Shown here one piece after another: positions 18,635-28,462 of a stretch of 64,000 bases of DNA. The notes beneath the pieces were generated by a model. It made no database searches, was not told where the DNA came from, and was given only the letters and a program-made list of their open reading frames with translations. This DNA comes from an uncultured Candidatus Saccharibacteria bacterium (GTDB lineage: Bacteria; Patescibacteriota; Minisyncoccia; UBA6257; Colwellbacteraceae): the NCBI GenBank assembly GCA_964360065.1, contig CAYHTW010000001.1:6526-70525 (forward strand). The letters run 5' to 3'. The number at the start of each line of letters is the position of its first letter. The stretch's first letter is position 1. A program made the translations under genes and the position numbers.

Positions 18635-19933
18635 ATGTCTTCTCGTTCCAGAAAACTATTATTCCGGATTTCTGCCCTCTTTTTCTTTATAGTGGGGGGG
18701 TTTTTGGTGGCATATTCATTCGGTATTAAGCTGGACTTAACCAACCTGACCTTCAGTGAAACGGGCGGTATCTACATTAAAAGTACTCCAGCCGAAGTGG
18801 AGATTTGCCTTGATGGAAAGAAGATCAAAAATACTTCCAGTTTTTTCCAAGCTGGGACACTCGTAGATAACTTAAGAGAAAGAGAATATCGTCTGGTGCT
18901 TCGTGACGACGGTTACTTTGACTGGCAGAAAAACGTCAAGGTCTCTCCATCGTTAGTTAATGTTTTTGATAGTATTGTTATGGTCCCCCAGAAAGAACCC
19001 GTGAAAATCGCTGAACCCGCCGACAAGATAGAACTACTTGGAGATATTCTCATCACAGAAAGGAATAAAAGCATCTATGCCGACGGGGTAAAGATACCTG
19101 GGAGTAAAATAGTAGATACGACCCCGAATGATTCAGTTATAACTTATGATAATGGGAATAAAAATTACTACCTGATCAGCCTTTCTAATCCCAACTCATA
19201 TCTCAATATCAACGATATTTTTAATAACCTTAAAGAAGACAAACTAGGGCTCTTTGGGACAGTATCAATACTCAAAGTGACCTTCCATCCCTTCAATAAA
19301 GATAGACTTATAGTAAGAAGCCGCGGGGCTCTTTACAACATAGATACATCCAGATCTACGATAGAAAAAGTGGCAGATGGCACTACCGAATTCAAAACGC
19401 AAGGAAACAACCTTTTCTTTTATATTTCAGACGGGCTTTATCGCTACAACCTAATCTTCAGAACTACTACTAAACTTGCTCCTCTCTCAGACCTGAAAAC
19501 TATAAAAGATTTTGCAGGCACATCTTCTGGCGGAGTCGTTACTCTATACCAGAGTGGTGAGTTGGATCTCATCTTCGGCGACAACCCAGTAAAAATTGCC
19601 GACAAAGCGAAACTTTTCGCAGTATCAGACAGCGGTAAGTTAATAGCTTTTGGAGACAATGATCAGTCGCTTCACGTTTACGATACAGATAAATTAAAGT
19701 ATGCGAACATTAAGAATGGTGTTGCCGGCAATTTGAGCAAAATTGTCTGGTACAAAGATAATAATCACCTCTTATTACAAAGCGATGACTCTCTCTACTT
19801 TAGTGAAATCAGCGAAATTGACCCCGTGAACTCCTTCAAGATAGCCTCTAACATTAAAGACTTTTCTTATGACGAAGATAAAAACACTGTCTATATTAAT
19901 TCCACAGGCGGGGTACTTAAATACGAAATTTAG
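18635..19933 (+). CDS. Membrane-anchored protein with PEGA domain and C-terminal beta-propeller-like repeats
   Basis: N-terminal TM; PEGA-like segment YRLVLRDDGYFDWQKNVKVSP; repeated beta-strand-rich modules; only long plus-strand gene in this region. Confidence 0.5.
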   Translation: MSSRSRKLLFRISALFFFIVGGFLVAYSFGIKLDLTNLTFSETGGIYIKSTPAEVEICLDGKKIKNTSSFFQAGTLVDNLREREYRLVLRDDGYFDWQKNVKVSPSLVNVFDSIVMVPQKEPVKIAEPADKIELLGDILITERNKSIYADGVKIPGSKIVDTTPNDSVITYDNGNKNYYLISLSNPNSYLNINDIFNNLKEDKLGLFGTVSILKVTFHPFNKDRLIVRSRGALYNIDTSRSTIEKVADGTTEFKTQGNNLFFYISDGLYRYNLIFRTTTKLAPLSDLKTIKDFAGTSSGGVVTLYQSGELDLIFGDNPVKIADKAKLFAVSDSGKLIAFGDNDQSLHVYDTDKLKYANIKNGVAGNLSKIVWYKDNNHLLLQSDDSLYFSEISEIDPVNSFKIASNIKDFSYDEDKNTVYINSTGGVLKYEI

Positions 19934-19947
19934 GTAAGCCCTTAGGA

Positions 19948-20706
19948 TCAACCAGTTAAAACTTCTCCTCCTTTAAGCGTAACAAGAATAGTATGTTCAA
20001 AATGGGCCGAAAGACTACCATCAGCAGTCACAAAGCTGTCATCTGGCAGTTGAACGGCTCTCTTGGTGGAGACACTGGTCATGGGCTCTATGGCTATCAC
20101 CATATTAGCTTTAAGTGGAAGTCCTTTGCCTGGCTTGCCGTAATTGTAGATAACGGGGTCTTCGTGGATTGCGCTACCGACGCCATGCCCCGTTAACCCT
20201 TCTATAACCTTAAAATTACTTCTTTCCACTGTACGGGTAACCGCGTGGCCTATGTCCCCTAAAGTGTGTCCATCTTTAACCACCTTAATGGCTTCTACGA
20301 GAGCGTCTCTGGTAGTCTTAATAAGACTAAGGGCATCTTTCCCTACTTTGCCTATAGGAACAGTGACGGCTGCATCGGTAATCCCTCCGTGGAAGTCCAC
20401 TCCTAAGTCCAACTTTAGAACATCGCCTGAAACCAACTTATAAGCCGATGGTAAACCATGCACGATAGTGTCATTGACTGAAGCACATAGAGTGTATGGA
20501 AACTTTTTCATGGCTCCATCCGGCTTATAACCCAGGAAGGCCGGCTTGCCGCCCTTTTCTTTAATAAGATTATAAGCCACATTATCAAGCTCCAGTAACG
20601 TTATCCCAGGCTTAGCAATGTTCTTTAGTTCACGCAAAACAGAACCGAGAATCTTGCCAGATTGTCTGATTTTCTCTATTTGGCTTTCCGTCTTAATTAA
20701 GCTCAA
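19948..20706 (-). CDS. map: Methionine aminopeptidase type I
   Basis: Pita-bread fold metal ligands (D..D..H..E..E pattern: VDFHGGITD, HGVGSAIHE); last gene of spc/secY cluster. Confidence 0.9.
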   Translation of the reverse strand: MSLIKTESQIEKIRQSGKILGSVLRELKNIAKPGITLLELDNVAYNLIKEKGGKPAFLGYKPDGAMKKFPYTLCASVNDTIVHGLPSAYKLVSGDVLKLDLGVDFHGGITDAAVTVPIGKVGKDALSLIKTTRDALVEAIKVVKDGHTLGDIGHAVTRTVERSNFKVIEGLTGHGVGSAIHEDPVIYNYGKPGKGLPLKANMVIAIEPMTSVSTKRAVQLPDDSFVTADGSLSAHFEHTILVTLKGGEVLTG

Positions 20707-20720
20707 TTTATTTATGAGGC

Positions 20721-21419
20721 TTATACTTTCATAATTTCTTTCTTAACGGAATTAAAAACCTTGAAAGGCAAAGCATCTCCTTTTATTTCCACAACCCTAT
20801 AACCATCTTTTCGGATAGCTGTGAAGACTGGTAGGGTTTTAAGATTGAATTCAACTAATCTGTCTCTGATAATTGAAGGACGATCTAGGGTTCTTTTAAC
20901 CAGCTTCCCACCACAGAAAGGACAAGGATTATAAGTCGTAAAGTTCTCGGTGCCCATGACTCTTAGGAGCGGTGAGCCACAAACCGAGCAAATCAGCCTA
21001 CTGCTATTTCTTTTTATAGAGGTTTCTGGCGAGACTTTCAGAAGAAAGAAAAGCATGTTTTTGCGACCGTAGAGTTTCTTCATAATCGGAAGTAAGTTTT
21101 TGGCTTCACTGACAGTACGTGGCGAACCACTTAATACTAGCCCTAAGCCGGCACGGGCGATTTCTTCCATCCTTAAACCTACAACTTTTAAAACCCACGA
21201 GGTTGAGAGAAGTTTGCCGGTATCAAAAAGAGTTCTCTCTCTACGCACTTCAGCACTCTTTAAAGCCACTGGGTCGTGCACTAAAGATTCTAAGTACTTA
21301 CCAGTATCAAAATGAGTAAAACCGAAATAACGGGCTGTTAAATCAGCTTGGGTGCCCTTACCGGCGCCAGGAGGGCCGTATATGACTATGACTTTAGGTT
21401 TAACAAAACGTGGCTGCAT
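20721..21419 (-). CDS. adk: Adenylate kinase with zinc-binding LID (CxxC...CxxC)
   Basis: P-loop GPPGAGKGTQ; LID cysteines CSVCG...CPFCGG. Confidence 0.9.
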   Translation of the reverse strand: MQPRFVKPKVIVIYGPPGAGKGTQADLTARYFGFTHFDTGKYLESLVHDPVALKSAEVRRERTLFDTGKLLSTSWVLKVVGLRMEEIARAGLGLVLSGSPRTVSEAKNLLPIMKKLYGRKNMLFFLLKVSPETSIKRNSSRLICSVCGSPLLRVMGTENFTTYNPCPFCGGKLVKRTLDRPSIIRDRLVEFNLKTLPVFTAIRKDGYRVVEIKGDALPFKVFNSVKKEIMKV

Positions 21420-21449
21420 TAATTTAATTATACAGCCGATATGACACGC

Positions 21450-22733
21450 TTACCTAAGCGTGTCATATTCTCTAGCTGCAACCTGAGAGTCTATTTGTTT
21501 GGCGGTGTCCAGCGCCACGGCTACGACAATGAGAAGCGCCGTGCCTCCAATAGTAAGAGACTGAATTTCGCTGAATACTAACTGAGTAAACGTAGGGAGT
21601 ACCGCTATCAGACCCAAGAAGGTGGCTCCGAAGAGAGTAACTCTGGAAATTATCTTCTTTAAAAACCCTCCAGTGGATTCTCCGGGTCTGATGCCAGGAA
21701 CGAAACCTCCGGATCTCTGCAAATTCTTGGAAATCTCAGCTGGGTCAAAAGTAACTGAAGTGTAGAAGTAGGTGAAGACGAAAACCAGGAAGAAGTAAGC
21801 TGCGGCATAGATGTACTGATTAGTAACCAACTCCTGCGACCAGGCATTTATAACCGTTCCGACAGAGGGCCAAAAGTGGGCCAAAATTCCTCCAAAGAAT
21901 CCCGGGAAAAGAAGTATTGAAATAGCAAAGATAATCGGGATAACTCCGGCCTGGTTAACCTTCAGGGGTAAATAAGAGGAAACTCCTCCATAAACTTTAT
22001 TGCCGCGAATCCGCTTGGCATAAGAAACAGGAACCTTTCTCTCCCCCTCGTTAAGCATAACAACTCCGCCAGTAACTATGAGAGCCAAAACGATAAAAAT
22101 CAGATATGTAGTAATAGGAGTGGCGCCAGGTATGTAGCTTGCGTAGGCTTGCCCTATGGCCAAGGGTAGCCCGCTAACAATACCGGCGAAGATAAGGAGT
22201 GAGGTTCCATTGCCCATTTTTTGTTCTGTAATAATTTCTCCAAACCAAACTAAAATCATGGTGCCGGCAGTAACCACTATTACGTTAATTAATATCTGAG
22301 TCATGCTAAGCTCTCCGATTACTCCCTGAGAGGCCAGAACCCTTAAGAAGGCGTAAGTGTTAAGGGCGGCTAAAGGAACAGTTAAATATCTAGAGATGCG
22401 GTTAAATTTAGATCTGCCTTGGGCGCCTTCCTCATAGTAAAGCCTCTTCAATTTAGGGAAAATCATAGTTAGAAGCTGCATGATGATGGTGGCAGTAATG
22501 TAGGGGCCCAAGCCCAACATGACTATAGAAAGATTCGCAAGTGAGCCGCCAGCTAAAATATTAAATAAACCTAAGAATTCGTTACCTGACAAAAAGCTCC
22601 TTAAGGCTTCTGGATTAACTCCAGGCACTGGAATATTAGCCAGCACTCGGAAGCAAACCAAGACTACGCCAATCGCAAGAAGCTTATTTCTAAGTTCCTG
22701 AACCCTGAAAATAGTGAGAACTTTGTCAAACAT
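21450..22733 (-). CDS. secY: Preprotein translocase subunit SecY
   Basis: 10-TM topology, conserved SecY segments; 427 aa. Confidence 0.95.
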   Translation of the reverse strand: MFDKVLTIFRVQELRNKLLAIGVVLVCFRVLANIPVPGVNPEALRSFLSGNEFLGLFNILAGGSLANLSIVMLGLGPYITATIIMQLLTMIFPKLKRLYYEEGAQGRSKFNRISRYLTVPLAALNTYAFLRVLASQGVIGELSMTQILINVIVVTAGTMILVWFGEIITEQKMGNGTSLLIFAGIVSGLPLAIGQAYASYIPGATPITTYLIFIVLALIVTGGVVMLNEGERKVPVSYAKRIRGNKVYGGVSSYLPLKVNQAGVIPIIFAISILLFPGFFGGILAHFWPSVGTVINAWSQELVTNQYIYAAAYFFLVFVFTYFYTSVTFDPAEISKNLQRSGGFVPGIRPGESTGGFLKKIISRVTLFGATFLGLIAVLPTFTQLVFSEIQSLTIGGTALLIVVAVALDTAKQIDSQVAAREYDTLR

Positions 22734-22738
22734 ATATA

Positions 22739-22969
22739 CTAAGCTTTCTTAAAAACTCTGACCTTTTTACCTTGCTTGGTCTTATTCTTAGAACCGCGCA
22801 GTTTAGGCAAGCGTTGAATTAAATCCCTCTCGGCTGGTCTAATTCTGTGTCCGGACCTGGCTTTCTGACCCTTAGTACCACGGCCTGAAGTAGTGCCACG
22901 TTTGCCGCCACGGCCAATGCGCTTCTTACTTCTTAAATCGTGATCTGGTTGTAAGGTATGTAACTGCAT
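22739..22969 (-). CDS. rplO: Ribosomal protein uL15, N-terminal half only (76 aa)
   Basis: Gly/Arg-rich N-terminal uL15 motif RIGRGGKRGTTSGRGTKGQKARSG; ORF ends 5 nt before secY start. Confidence 0.75.
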   Translation of the reverse strand: MQLHTLQPDHDLRSKKRIGRGGKRGTTSGRGTKGQKARSGHRIRPAERDLIQRLPKLRGSKNKTKQGKKVRVFKKA

Positions 22970-22970
22970 A

Positions 22971-23432
22971 TTATTTGGATCTAATAGTTTTTAAAGCCAT
23001 TATGGTCGCCACGGCATAGTTTAATTTATTGCTGCTAGCTCCGAGGCATTTTGCGGTAACGTCTTTCACTCCAGCTAATTTCAGAACAACTCGGGGAGCT
23101 CCTCCGGCGACTAATCCATGACCGACTACGGCGGGTTTAATTAAAACCGAAGCCGCGCCAAATTTAGCTTTGACCTCATGAGGGATAGTCTTGCCATTCA
23201 TCTTAACATCAATCATATTCATTTTGGCGGTATTCCTAGCTTTAGTAATAGCCTGCTCAACATCCAAGCCTTTAGCCACACCAACTCCAACCTTACCTTT
23301 AAGATCCCCAACCACCATTGTAGCTCTAAACCTCATTCTTTTACCTCCGGAGACAACCCTAGTGACTCTCCTTAAATCAATGACCGCTTCCTCTAAGTTA
23401 TCTTTCTTAAACCTATTTCTGTCTCTTTCCAT
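22971..23432 (-). CDS. rpsE: Ribosomal protein uS5
   Basis: dsRBD-like N-domain and GVGVAKG motif. Confidence 0.9.
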   Translation of the reverse strand: MERDRNRFKKDNLEEAVIDLRRVTRVVSGGKRMRFRATMVVGDLKGKVGVGVAKGLDVEQAITKARNTAKMNMIDVKMNGKTIPHEVKAKFGAASVLIKPAVVGHGLVAGGAPRVVLKLAGVKDVTAKCLGASSNKLNYAVATIMALKTIRSK

Positions 23433-23442
23433 GGCTATATGT

Positions 23443-23802
23443 TTATACCTTTATTCCCTCTTCTCTTAAGGCCTCTGCTACGGCTCGGACTCTGCCATGA
23501 TAAGCGTATCTGCCTCTGTCAAAAATCACGACTGTCAAATTAGCATGCTTCATACCGGCGGCTACGGCCTTGCCTAAGGCAGTAGATGCGGAAACTTTAG
23601 TCTCATGAGACTTATTCTTACCGGCTCCAAGAGTAGAGAAGGACATAAGAGTCTTTCCAGATGAGTCGTCGATAAGCTGGGCGTACAAATATTTGTTGCT
23701 CCTGAAGATTGAAAGTCTGGGCTTTTCGACCGTACCGTTAATTCTAGCCCTAACCCTATTAGACCTCCTATCCCTAATTTTATTTAATAGTTTAGTAACC
23801 AT
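23443..23802 (-). CDS. rplR: Ribosomal protein uL18
   Basis: RPRLSIFRSNKYLYAQLIDD motif; start trimmed to internal Met. Confidence 0.85.
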   Translation of the reverse strand: MVTKLLNKIRDRRSNRVRARINGTVEKPRLSIFRSNKYLYAQLIDDSSGKTLMSFSTLGAGKNKSHETKVSASTALGKAVAAGMKHANLTVVIFDRGRYAYHGRVRAVAEALREEGIKV

Positions 23803-23806
23803 AATT

Positions 23807-24349
23807 TTAAGCAGAGGTGGTAGCCTTCTTGCCATCCTTCCTTCTAATTACTTCACCCTTATATCTTATACCCTTACCCTTATAAGGTTCAGGCTTTTTG
23901 ATTCTTCTAATCTTAGCGGCAGTTTCGCCGACAACTTCTTTATTAGCGCCAGAGAGAGTAACCAAATCTTTAGCTACAACAATCTTAATGCCCTCGGGTA
24001 TAGCGAAACTAACTGGGTGGGAAAACCCAACGTTCAAAACCAAATTAGTTGCTTTAACTTCAGCCTTAAAACCCACGCCTTCAATAACAAGTTCTTTAAC
24101 AAAATCCTCTGTGGCCCCTTGTACAGCGTTAGCGGTTAGGGCTCTCACTGTACCCCAATTGCTGACCGTCTGTTTATCCTTAATTACCGGAACAAAAACA
24201 ATTTCATTGTCTTTGATGGCAACCTTAACACCCTTTAACATTTTTACAGTCAAGGCGCCGTTTTTACCCTTGACCTCAAGCGAGCCGTCTTTCTCCGAAA
24301 CGGTTACACCCGGCGGTATAGTTACTGGTTGTTTACCTATCTTAGACAT
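23807..24349 (-). CDS. rplF: Ribosomal protein uL6
   Basis: MSKIGKQPVTIPPGV start; two-domain uL6; ORF-track N-terminal extension trimmed. Confidence 0.85.
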   Translation of the reverse strand: MSKIGKQPVTIPPGVTVSEKDGSLEVKGKNGALTVKMLKGVKVAIKDNEIVFVPVIKDKQTVSNWGTVRALTANAVQGATEDFVKELVIEGVGFKAEVKATNLVLNVGFSHPVSFAIPEGIKIVVAKDLVTLSGANKEVVGETAAKIRRIKKPEPYKGKGIRYKGEVIRRKDGKKATTSA

Positions 24350-24356
24350 AATATTT

Positions 24357-24740
24357 TTACCAAATTTCAAAAAGAAGTTCCCCTCCAAGTTTGTTTCTTC
24401 TTGCCTCCTTATCAACCATTACTCCCTTTGGAGTTGATAAAAAGAAATTGCCGTATCCTTGGTGAGACTTCTTGATATCTTTCCAACCTACATAGACTCT
24501 TTTAGACGGGCGGCTGATAAGCTTAATATCGGAGATGCGAGACTTCTCTTCTTTGTCATACTTCAATTTAATCTCTATCACACGCTTTACCCCCCTACCC
24601 TTTTTCTGGATTTCGTTTAAGTAACCAGTCTTGACCAAAGATTCCAAAACATTTTCTTCAAACTGAGAATAAGGCACCTTAACCCGGTCCTTTTCTCTAG
24701 TCATAGCGTTTTTAATTCTAATTAAAGTATCTATATACAT
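24357..24740 (-). CDS. rpsH: Ribosomal protein uS8
   Basis: 127 aa, conserved uS8. Confidence 0.9.
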   Translation of the reverse strand: MYIDTLIRIKNAMTREKDRVKVPYSQFEENVLESLVKTGYLNEIQKKGRGVKRVIEIKLKYDKEEKSRISDIKLISRPSKRVYVGWKDIKKSHQGYGNFFLSTPKGVMVDKEARRNKLGGELLFEIW

Positions 24741-24744
24741 ATTC

Positions 24745-24930
24745 TTACCAAGAAGCTTTTTTAACTCCTGGGATCATGCCCCGACCGGCTAGTTCTCTAA
24801 AACAAATCCTGCACAAATCAAAATCCCTAATATAACCCCTTTTCCTGCCACAACGAAAACAACGCCTGACGGCCCTAGTGCTGTATTTCGGCTTTTTATT
24901 CGCCCTAGCTATGACTGATGATTTGGCCAT
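24745..24930 (-). CDS. rpsZ: Ribosomal protein uS14, zinc-binding type Z
   Basis: 61 aa with CxxC...CxxC. Confidence 0.9.
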   Translation of the reverse strand: MAKSSVIARANKKPKYSTRAVRRCFRCGRKRGYIRDFDLCRICFRELAGRGMIPGVKKASW

Positions 24931-24931
24931 T

Positions 24932-25411
24932 TTACTTTTTTAGAGGGACTCCTATTTTTTTAAAGAATTCCATACCCTCCGCCTTGGTCTTTGTGCCGGC
25001 AACAAAAGTCACCTCAACTCCGAAGTTGGTACGGGACACTTCAGGATTAATCTCAGAAAAAACAGTATGCTCTTTAATACCTATTGTCAAGTTCCCTCTA
25101 TCATCAAAATTGCCAGTATCAATGCCCCTAAAGTCTTTAACGCGAGGTAAGGAAACGTTGATGAAACGGTTAAAGAAATCTTGCATTCTTTTACCTCTCA
25201 AAGTAGCCATAGCGCCGATAGTATCTCCTTCACGTGACTTGAAAGCAGCGATGGATTTCTTGGCTTTTCTGGTAGCTGGTTTCTGGCCGACGATAAGGGC
25301 AAGCTCCCCTAAAAGACCAGGGAGAATTTTGTCATCAAACTGGGCATTGCTCTGCCTCATCTTACCCACACCCACTGAAACTACTATTTTTACTAATTTG
25401 TGGCTTTGCAT
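24932..25411 (-). CDS. rplE: Ribosomal protein uL5
   Basis: Conserved uL5 core (GQKP...TLRG..M..F); possible upstream non-ATG start. Confidence 0.85.
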   Translation of the reverse strand: MQSHKLVKIVVSVGVGKMRQSNAQFDDKILPGLLGELALIVGQKPATRKAKKSIAAFKSREGDTIGAMATLRGKRMQDFFNRFINVSLPRVKDFRGIDTGNFDDRGNLTIGIKEHTVFSEINPEVSRTNFGVEVTFVAGTKTKAEGMEFFKKIGVPLKK

Positions 25412-25698
25412 TTTTTACAAACTCTTTCTTTTTTATCCCCGATTATCATGTGGCCAACCCTAGTAGGCTTACCACAGACAGAACAGATCAACATAACTTT
25501 AGAAACTGTAATTGGAGCGGAAATACTGATAATCTGGCCCTTCTCCCCCTGCTTCCTGGCTTTAACGTTCTTTTTAACCAGATTTAGACCCTCAACTATA
25601 ATCTTGCCTTCCGCAGTCCTAACCTTAAGAACCTTGCCGGACTTACCCTTGTCCCGGCCTTTTAATATTAAAACTTTATCTCCTTTCTTGATGTTCAT
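25393..25698 (-). CDS. rplX: Ribosomal protein uL24 with C-terminal four-cysteine (CxxC...CxxC) zinc-ribbon-like segment
   Basis: KOW motif KGDKVLILKGRDKGKSGKV; C-terminus CSVCGKP...CKKCK. Confidence 0.85.
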   Translation of the reverse strand: MNIKKGDKVLILKGRDKGKSGKVLKVRTAEGKIIVEGLNLVKKNVKARKQGEKGQIISISAPITVSKVMLICSVCGKPTRVGHMIIGDKKERVCKKCKATN

Positions 25699-25712
25699 AT
25701 TTTTAGACTATA

Positions 25713-26078
25713 TCAAACTATATCCTGCGCCAAAGAAATTATTTTATCGTAACCTAATTCTTTTAGTTCTCTAGGTATTGGTCCGAAAATTCTGGTCGCC
25801 TTGGGCTCTTTCTTATCAACCAAAACAGCGGCGTTGTCGTCAAATTTGATGTAACTGCCGTCAGGACGCCTGATATGATTCCTAGTGCGGACTATAACAG
25901 CCTTAACAATATCCTTTTTCTTAACAGCTTTCCTAGGCTCGGCAACTTGGACGGAAGCGATAACTATATCTCCCAATTTGGCATACCTTTTACGACTGCC
26001 ACCTGGGATTCTGAAAACCCTGATGGTTTTGGCTCCACTATTATCCGCTACTTTTAATATGGATCTTTCTTGAATCAT
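25713..26078 (-). CDS. rplN: Ribosomal protein uL14
   Basis: [17 protein letters not shown]... Confidence 0.92.
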   Translation of the reverse strand: MIQERSILKVADNSGAKTIRVFRIPGGSRKRYAKLGDIVIASVQVAEPRKAVKKKDIVKAVIVRTRNHIRRPDGSYIKFDDNAAVLVDKKEPKATRIFGPIPRELKELGYDKIISLAQDIV

Positions 26079-26082
26079 CCTT

Positions 26083-26331
26083 TTAGTTTTTAACCACTAT
26101 CCACCTCTTTTCCCGCGACTTGGGTTTGGTCTCTTCTATAATCACATGATCACCGACCTTAGCTTCGTTACTCTCATCGTGAGCCTTAAAGCGATCTGTC
26201 ACCTTGTACTGCTTGCCATACTTGGGGTGAATCTTCAGACGAACAACTTCAACCACAACAGTTTTCTGCATCTTGTCGCTCACAACCTTGCCAGATAATC
26301 TCCTTTTAAGTTTTATAATTTCGTTAGCCAT
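26083..26331 (-). CDS. rpsQ: Ribosomal protein uS17
   Basis: 82 aa OB-fold S17. Confidence 0.9.
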   Translation of the reverse strand: MANEIIKLKRRLSGKVVSDKMQKTVVVEVVRLKIHPKYGKQYKVTDRFKAHDESNEAKVGDHVIIEETKPKSREKRWIVVKN

Positions 26332-26533
26332 TATTTTGCAAATCTCTTTCCTTAATAAATGTTTTTATTCTAGCGATGGTCTTCTTAGTATCTTTAATAA
26401 GAAATATATTCTTCACTTTCCCAGCTGCCAAGTCAAACTTAGAAGAACTTAAAAGTTCTTCACTTTCCTTAAGCCGCTTTTGAAGCTCGGTGCTACTTTT
26501 GGCTTTTAAGTTTTCTATTTCTTTTCTCTTCAT
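26324..26533 (-). CDS. rpmC: Ribosomal protein uL29
   Basis: 69 aa helical L29. Confidence 0.85.
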   Translation of the reverse strand: MKRKEIENLKAKSSTELQKRLKESEELLSSSKFDLAAGKVKNIFLIKDTKKTIARIKTFIKERDLQNNG

Positions 26534-26538
26534 CTTAT

Positions 26539-26949
26539 TTATTCCTTAACTACCTTAGTTTTAACCGGCAACTTGTGACCCGCAAGAGTTAAGGCACGAT
26601 TAGCCATTTCTTCGGAAATACCGTCTATTTCGAACAGAATCCTGCCAGGACGAACCGGAAAAACGTAGTGATCAACAGAACCTTTACCACCACCCATGGT
26701 GACTTCAGGGGGCCTCTTTGTAATAGGCTTATCTGGGAAAATTCTGATCCAGAATTTACCGCCACGCTTGGTAAAGTTACTCACCGTACGCCTAGCGGCC
26801 TCAATCTGACGAGAGGTAATCCAAGCCGACTCCAGAGCCTTCAAGCCGTAAGAACCGTAAGAAATAGTGGCGCCCCTCCCATCCACGGTACGCTTGCGGT
26901 TCCTGCCCTTATGCCACTTTCTGTGTTTTACTTTTTTGGGTATAAGCAT
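26539..26949 (-). CDS. rplP: Ribosomal protein uL16
   Basis: [16 protein letters not shown] start. Confidence 0.92.
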   Translation of the reverse strand: MLIPKKVKHRKWHKGRNRKRTVDGRGATISYGSYGLKALESAWITSRQIEAARRTVSNFTKRGGKFWIRIFPDKPITKRPPEVTMGGGKGSVDHYVFPVRPGRILFEIDGISEEMANRALTLAGHKLPVKTKVVKE

Positions 26950-26952
26950 GTT

Positions 26953-27603
26953 CTAATTATTTTTTTCTTTGTCAAAAATTTCGCCTTTGTAAATCCAAAC
27001 CTTAATACCTACAGTGCCGTAAGTAGTAAAAGCAGTCGCCTCTCCATAATCTATATCGGCTCTTAATGTTGAGAGTGGCAGTTTACCCTTAGATAAGTGT
27101 TCGCGTCTGGCGATTTCACCTCCGTCAAGCCTGCCACTAATGGCAATCTTGCCTCCCTGAACACCCCTGTTCTGCATGATAGTATCAAGATACTTTTTGA
27201 TAGTCCTTCTGAACCTAATTCTTTTCTCCAAGTCCCAGGCAATGTTTTGAGCTATAACTTGAGAGGAAACTTCAGTGCGTCTTAATTCTTCAACGTTAAG
27301 GTTCAGGGCAGTTTTAGCCTTAAATACTTTCTGCAATTCTTTATCCAAGTCCTCTATGCCTTTACCGCCACGGCCGATGATAAGGCCTGGCCTGGAAGCT
27401 TTGATAGTAACGCGGCACTTTTCGCCGGTGCGCTCAATATCAATGGAGGCAACTCCGGCTAAGCCGATCTTCTTCATGATAATCTTCCTAATAGCCTCAT
27501 CCTCTTTTAGGAACTGGCCCATATTCTTACGGGAAAACCACCTGGAACTCCAAGGTTTGGTAATGCCTAATCTGAACGAATCGGGTCTGATCTTAGTTGC
27601 CAT
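26953..27603 (-). CDS. rpsC: Ribosomal protein uS3
   Basis: KH domain; start trimmed to MATKIRPDSFRLG. Confidence 0.88.
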   Translation of the reverse strand: MATKIRPDSFRLGITKPWSSRWFSRKNMGQFLKEDEAIRKIIMKKIGLAGVASIDIERTGEKCRVTIKASRPGLIIGRGGKGIEDLDKELQKVFKAKTALNLNVEELRRTEVSSQVIAQNIAWDLEKRIRFRRTIKKYLDTIMQNRGVQGGKIAISGRLDGGEIARREHLSKGKLPLSTLRADIDYGEATAFTTYGTVGIKVWIYKGEIFDKEKNN

Positions 27604-27607
27604 GTTT

Positions 27608-28105
27608 TTAAATTGATTTCCTTTGGAACATTTTCTTGAAGAATCCAGGCTTAAACTCATCACCCACTTTCTTTACCGCATCGGCCTTCGGCTTATGATC
27701 GTGACCGCTGTGGTCAACTTTAGATTTCTTCTCTTTCTTAACTTCATAGATAGTATATCTGTTAACAAGATTCTCCTTTTCTCCGAGAGTAACACTCAAA
27801 TGACTCATCTTCTTCTGAATAGGTGTAGCTCTGCCTTGAGCTCTCGGCAGGAAACGTTTTAACATCGGGCCCTGATTAACGGTGATGGACTCTATAAAAA
27901 GCTTATTGACGTCCATATTTTTATTTTTGGCGTTAGCCACGGCGGACTTTAAAAGCTTAGAAATGGAGGGGACAGAACGCCACGGCATCAATTGCAACTG
28001 AGCTATACTTTCGTTGACTGTTTTGCCCTTCAGGATATCCGAAACTAATCTCACCTTTCGGGGGGCAATTCTTAAGTTGTAGATTGTAGCTTTGGCTTTA
28101 TTCAT
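27608..28105 (-). CDS. rplV: Ribosomal protein uL22 with ~50-aa Lys-rich C-terminal extension
   Basis: Conserved uL22 core then KEKKSKVDHSGHDHKPKADAVKK tail. Confidence 0.88.
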   Translation of the reverse strand: MNKAKATIYNLRIAPRKVRLVSDILKGKTVNESIAQLQLMPWRSVPSISKLLKSAVANAKNKNMDVNKLFIESITVNQGPMLKRFLPRAQGRATPIQKKMSHLSVTLGEKENLVNRYTIYEVKKEKKSKVDHSGHDHKPKADAVKKVGDEFKPGFFKKMFQRKSI

Positions 28106-28110
28106 ATCTT

Positions 28111-28455
28111 TTATTTCTTACCTCCAGCAGCCGGCTTAGCGGCGGCGGATGCAGGAGCGGCAGCGGATATAGCCGCTGCTGTTTCCAATTCTTTCTGCAT
28201 TTTACCTCCGTGTTTAACGAATTTCCTGGTCAGAGAAAACTCACCCAGCTTGTGCCCAACCATATCTTCCGTAATCACAATGTTCACAAAATCCTTGCCG
28301 TTATGGACACCCATAACAAAACCGATAAATTCCGGAGTAATCGTAGCGCTTCTGGCCCAAGTCTTGATAACGGTTTTATCCCCGGCCTTAAGCTGGCTCA
28401 CTTTTTTCAAGAGCTTGGCGTCAATGTAAGGTCCTTTTTTAGAGCTTCTAGGCAT
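28111..28455 (-). CDS. rpsS: Ribosomal protein uS19 with Ala-rich C-terminal tail
   Basis: [12 protein letters not shown] start; ORF-track N-terminal extension overlaps rplB in another frame and is trimmed. Confidence 0.88.
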   Translation of the reverse strand: MPRSSKKGPYIDAKLLKKVSQLKAGDKTVIKTWARSATITPEFIGFVMGVHNGKDFVNIVITEDMVGHKLGEFSLTRKFVKHGGKMQKELETAAAISAAAPASAAAKPAAGGKK

Positions 28456-28462
28456 GGGTATA

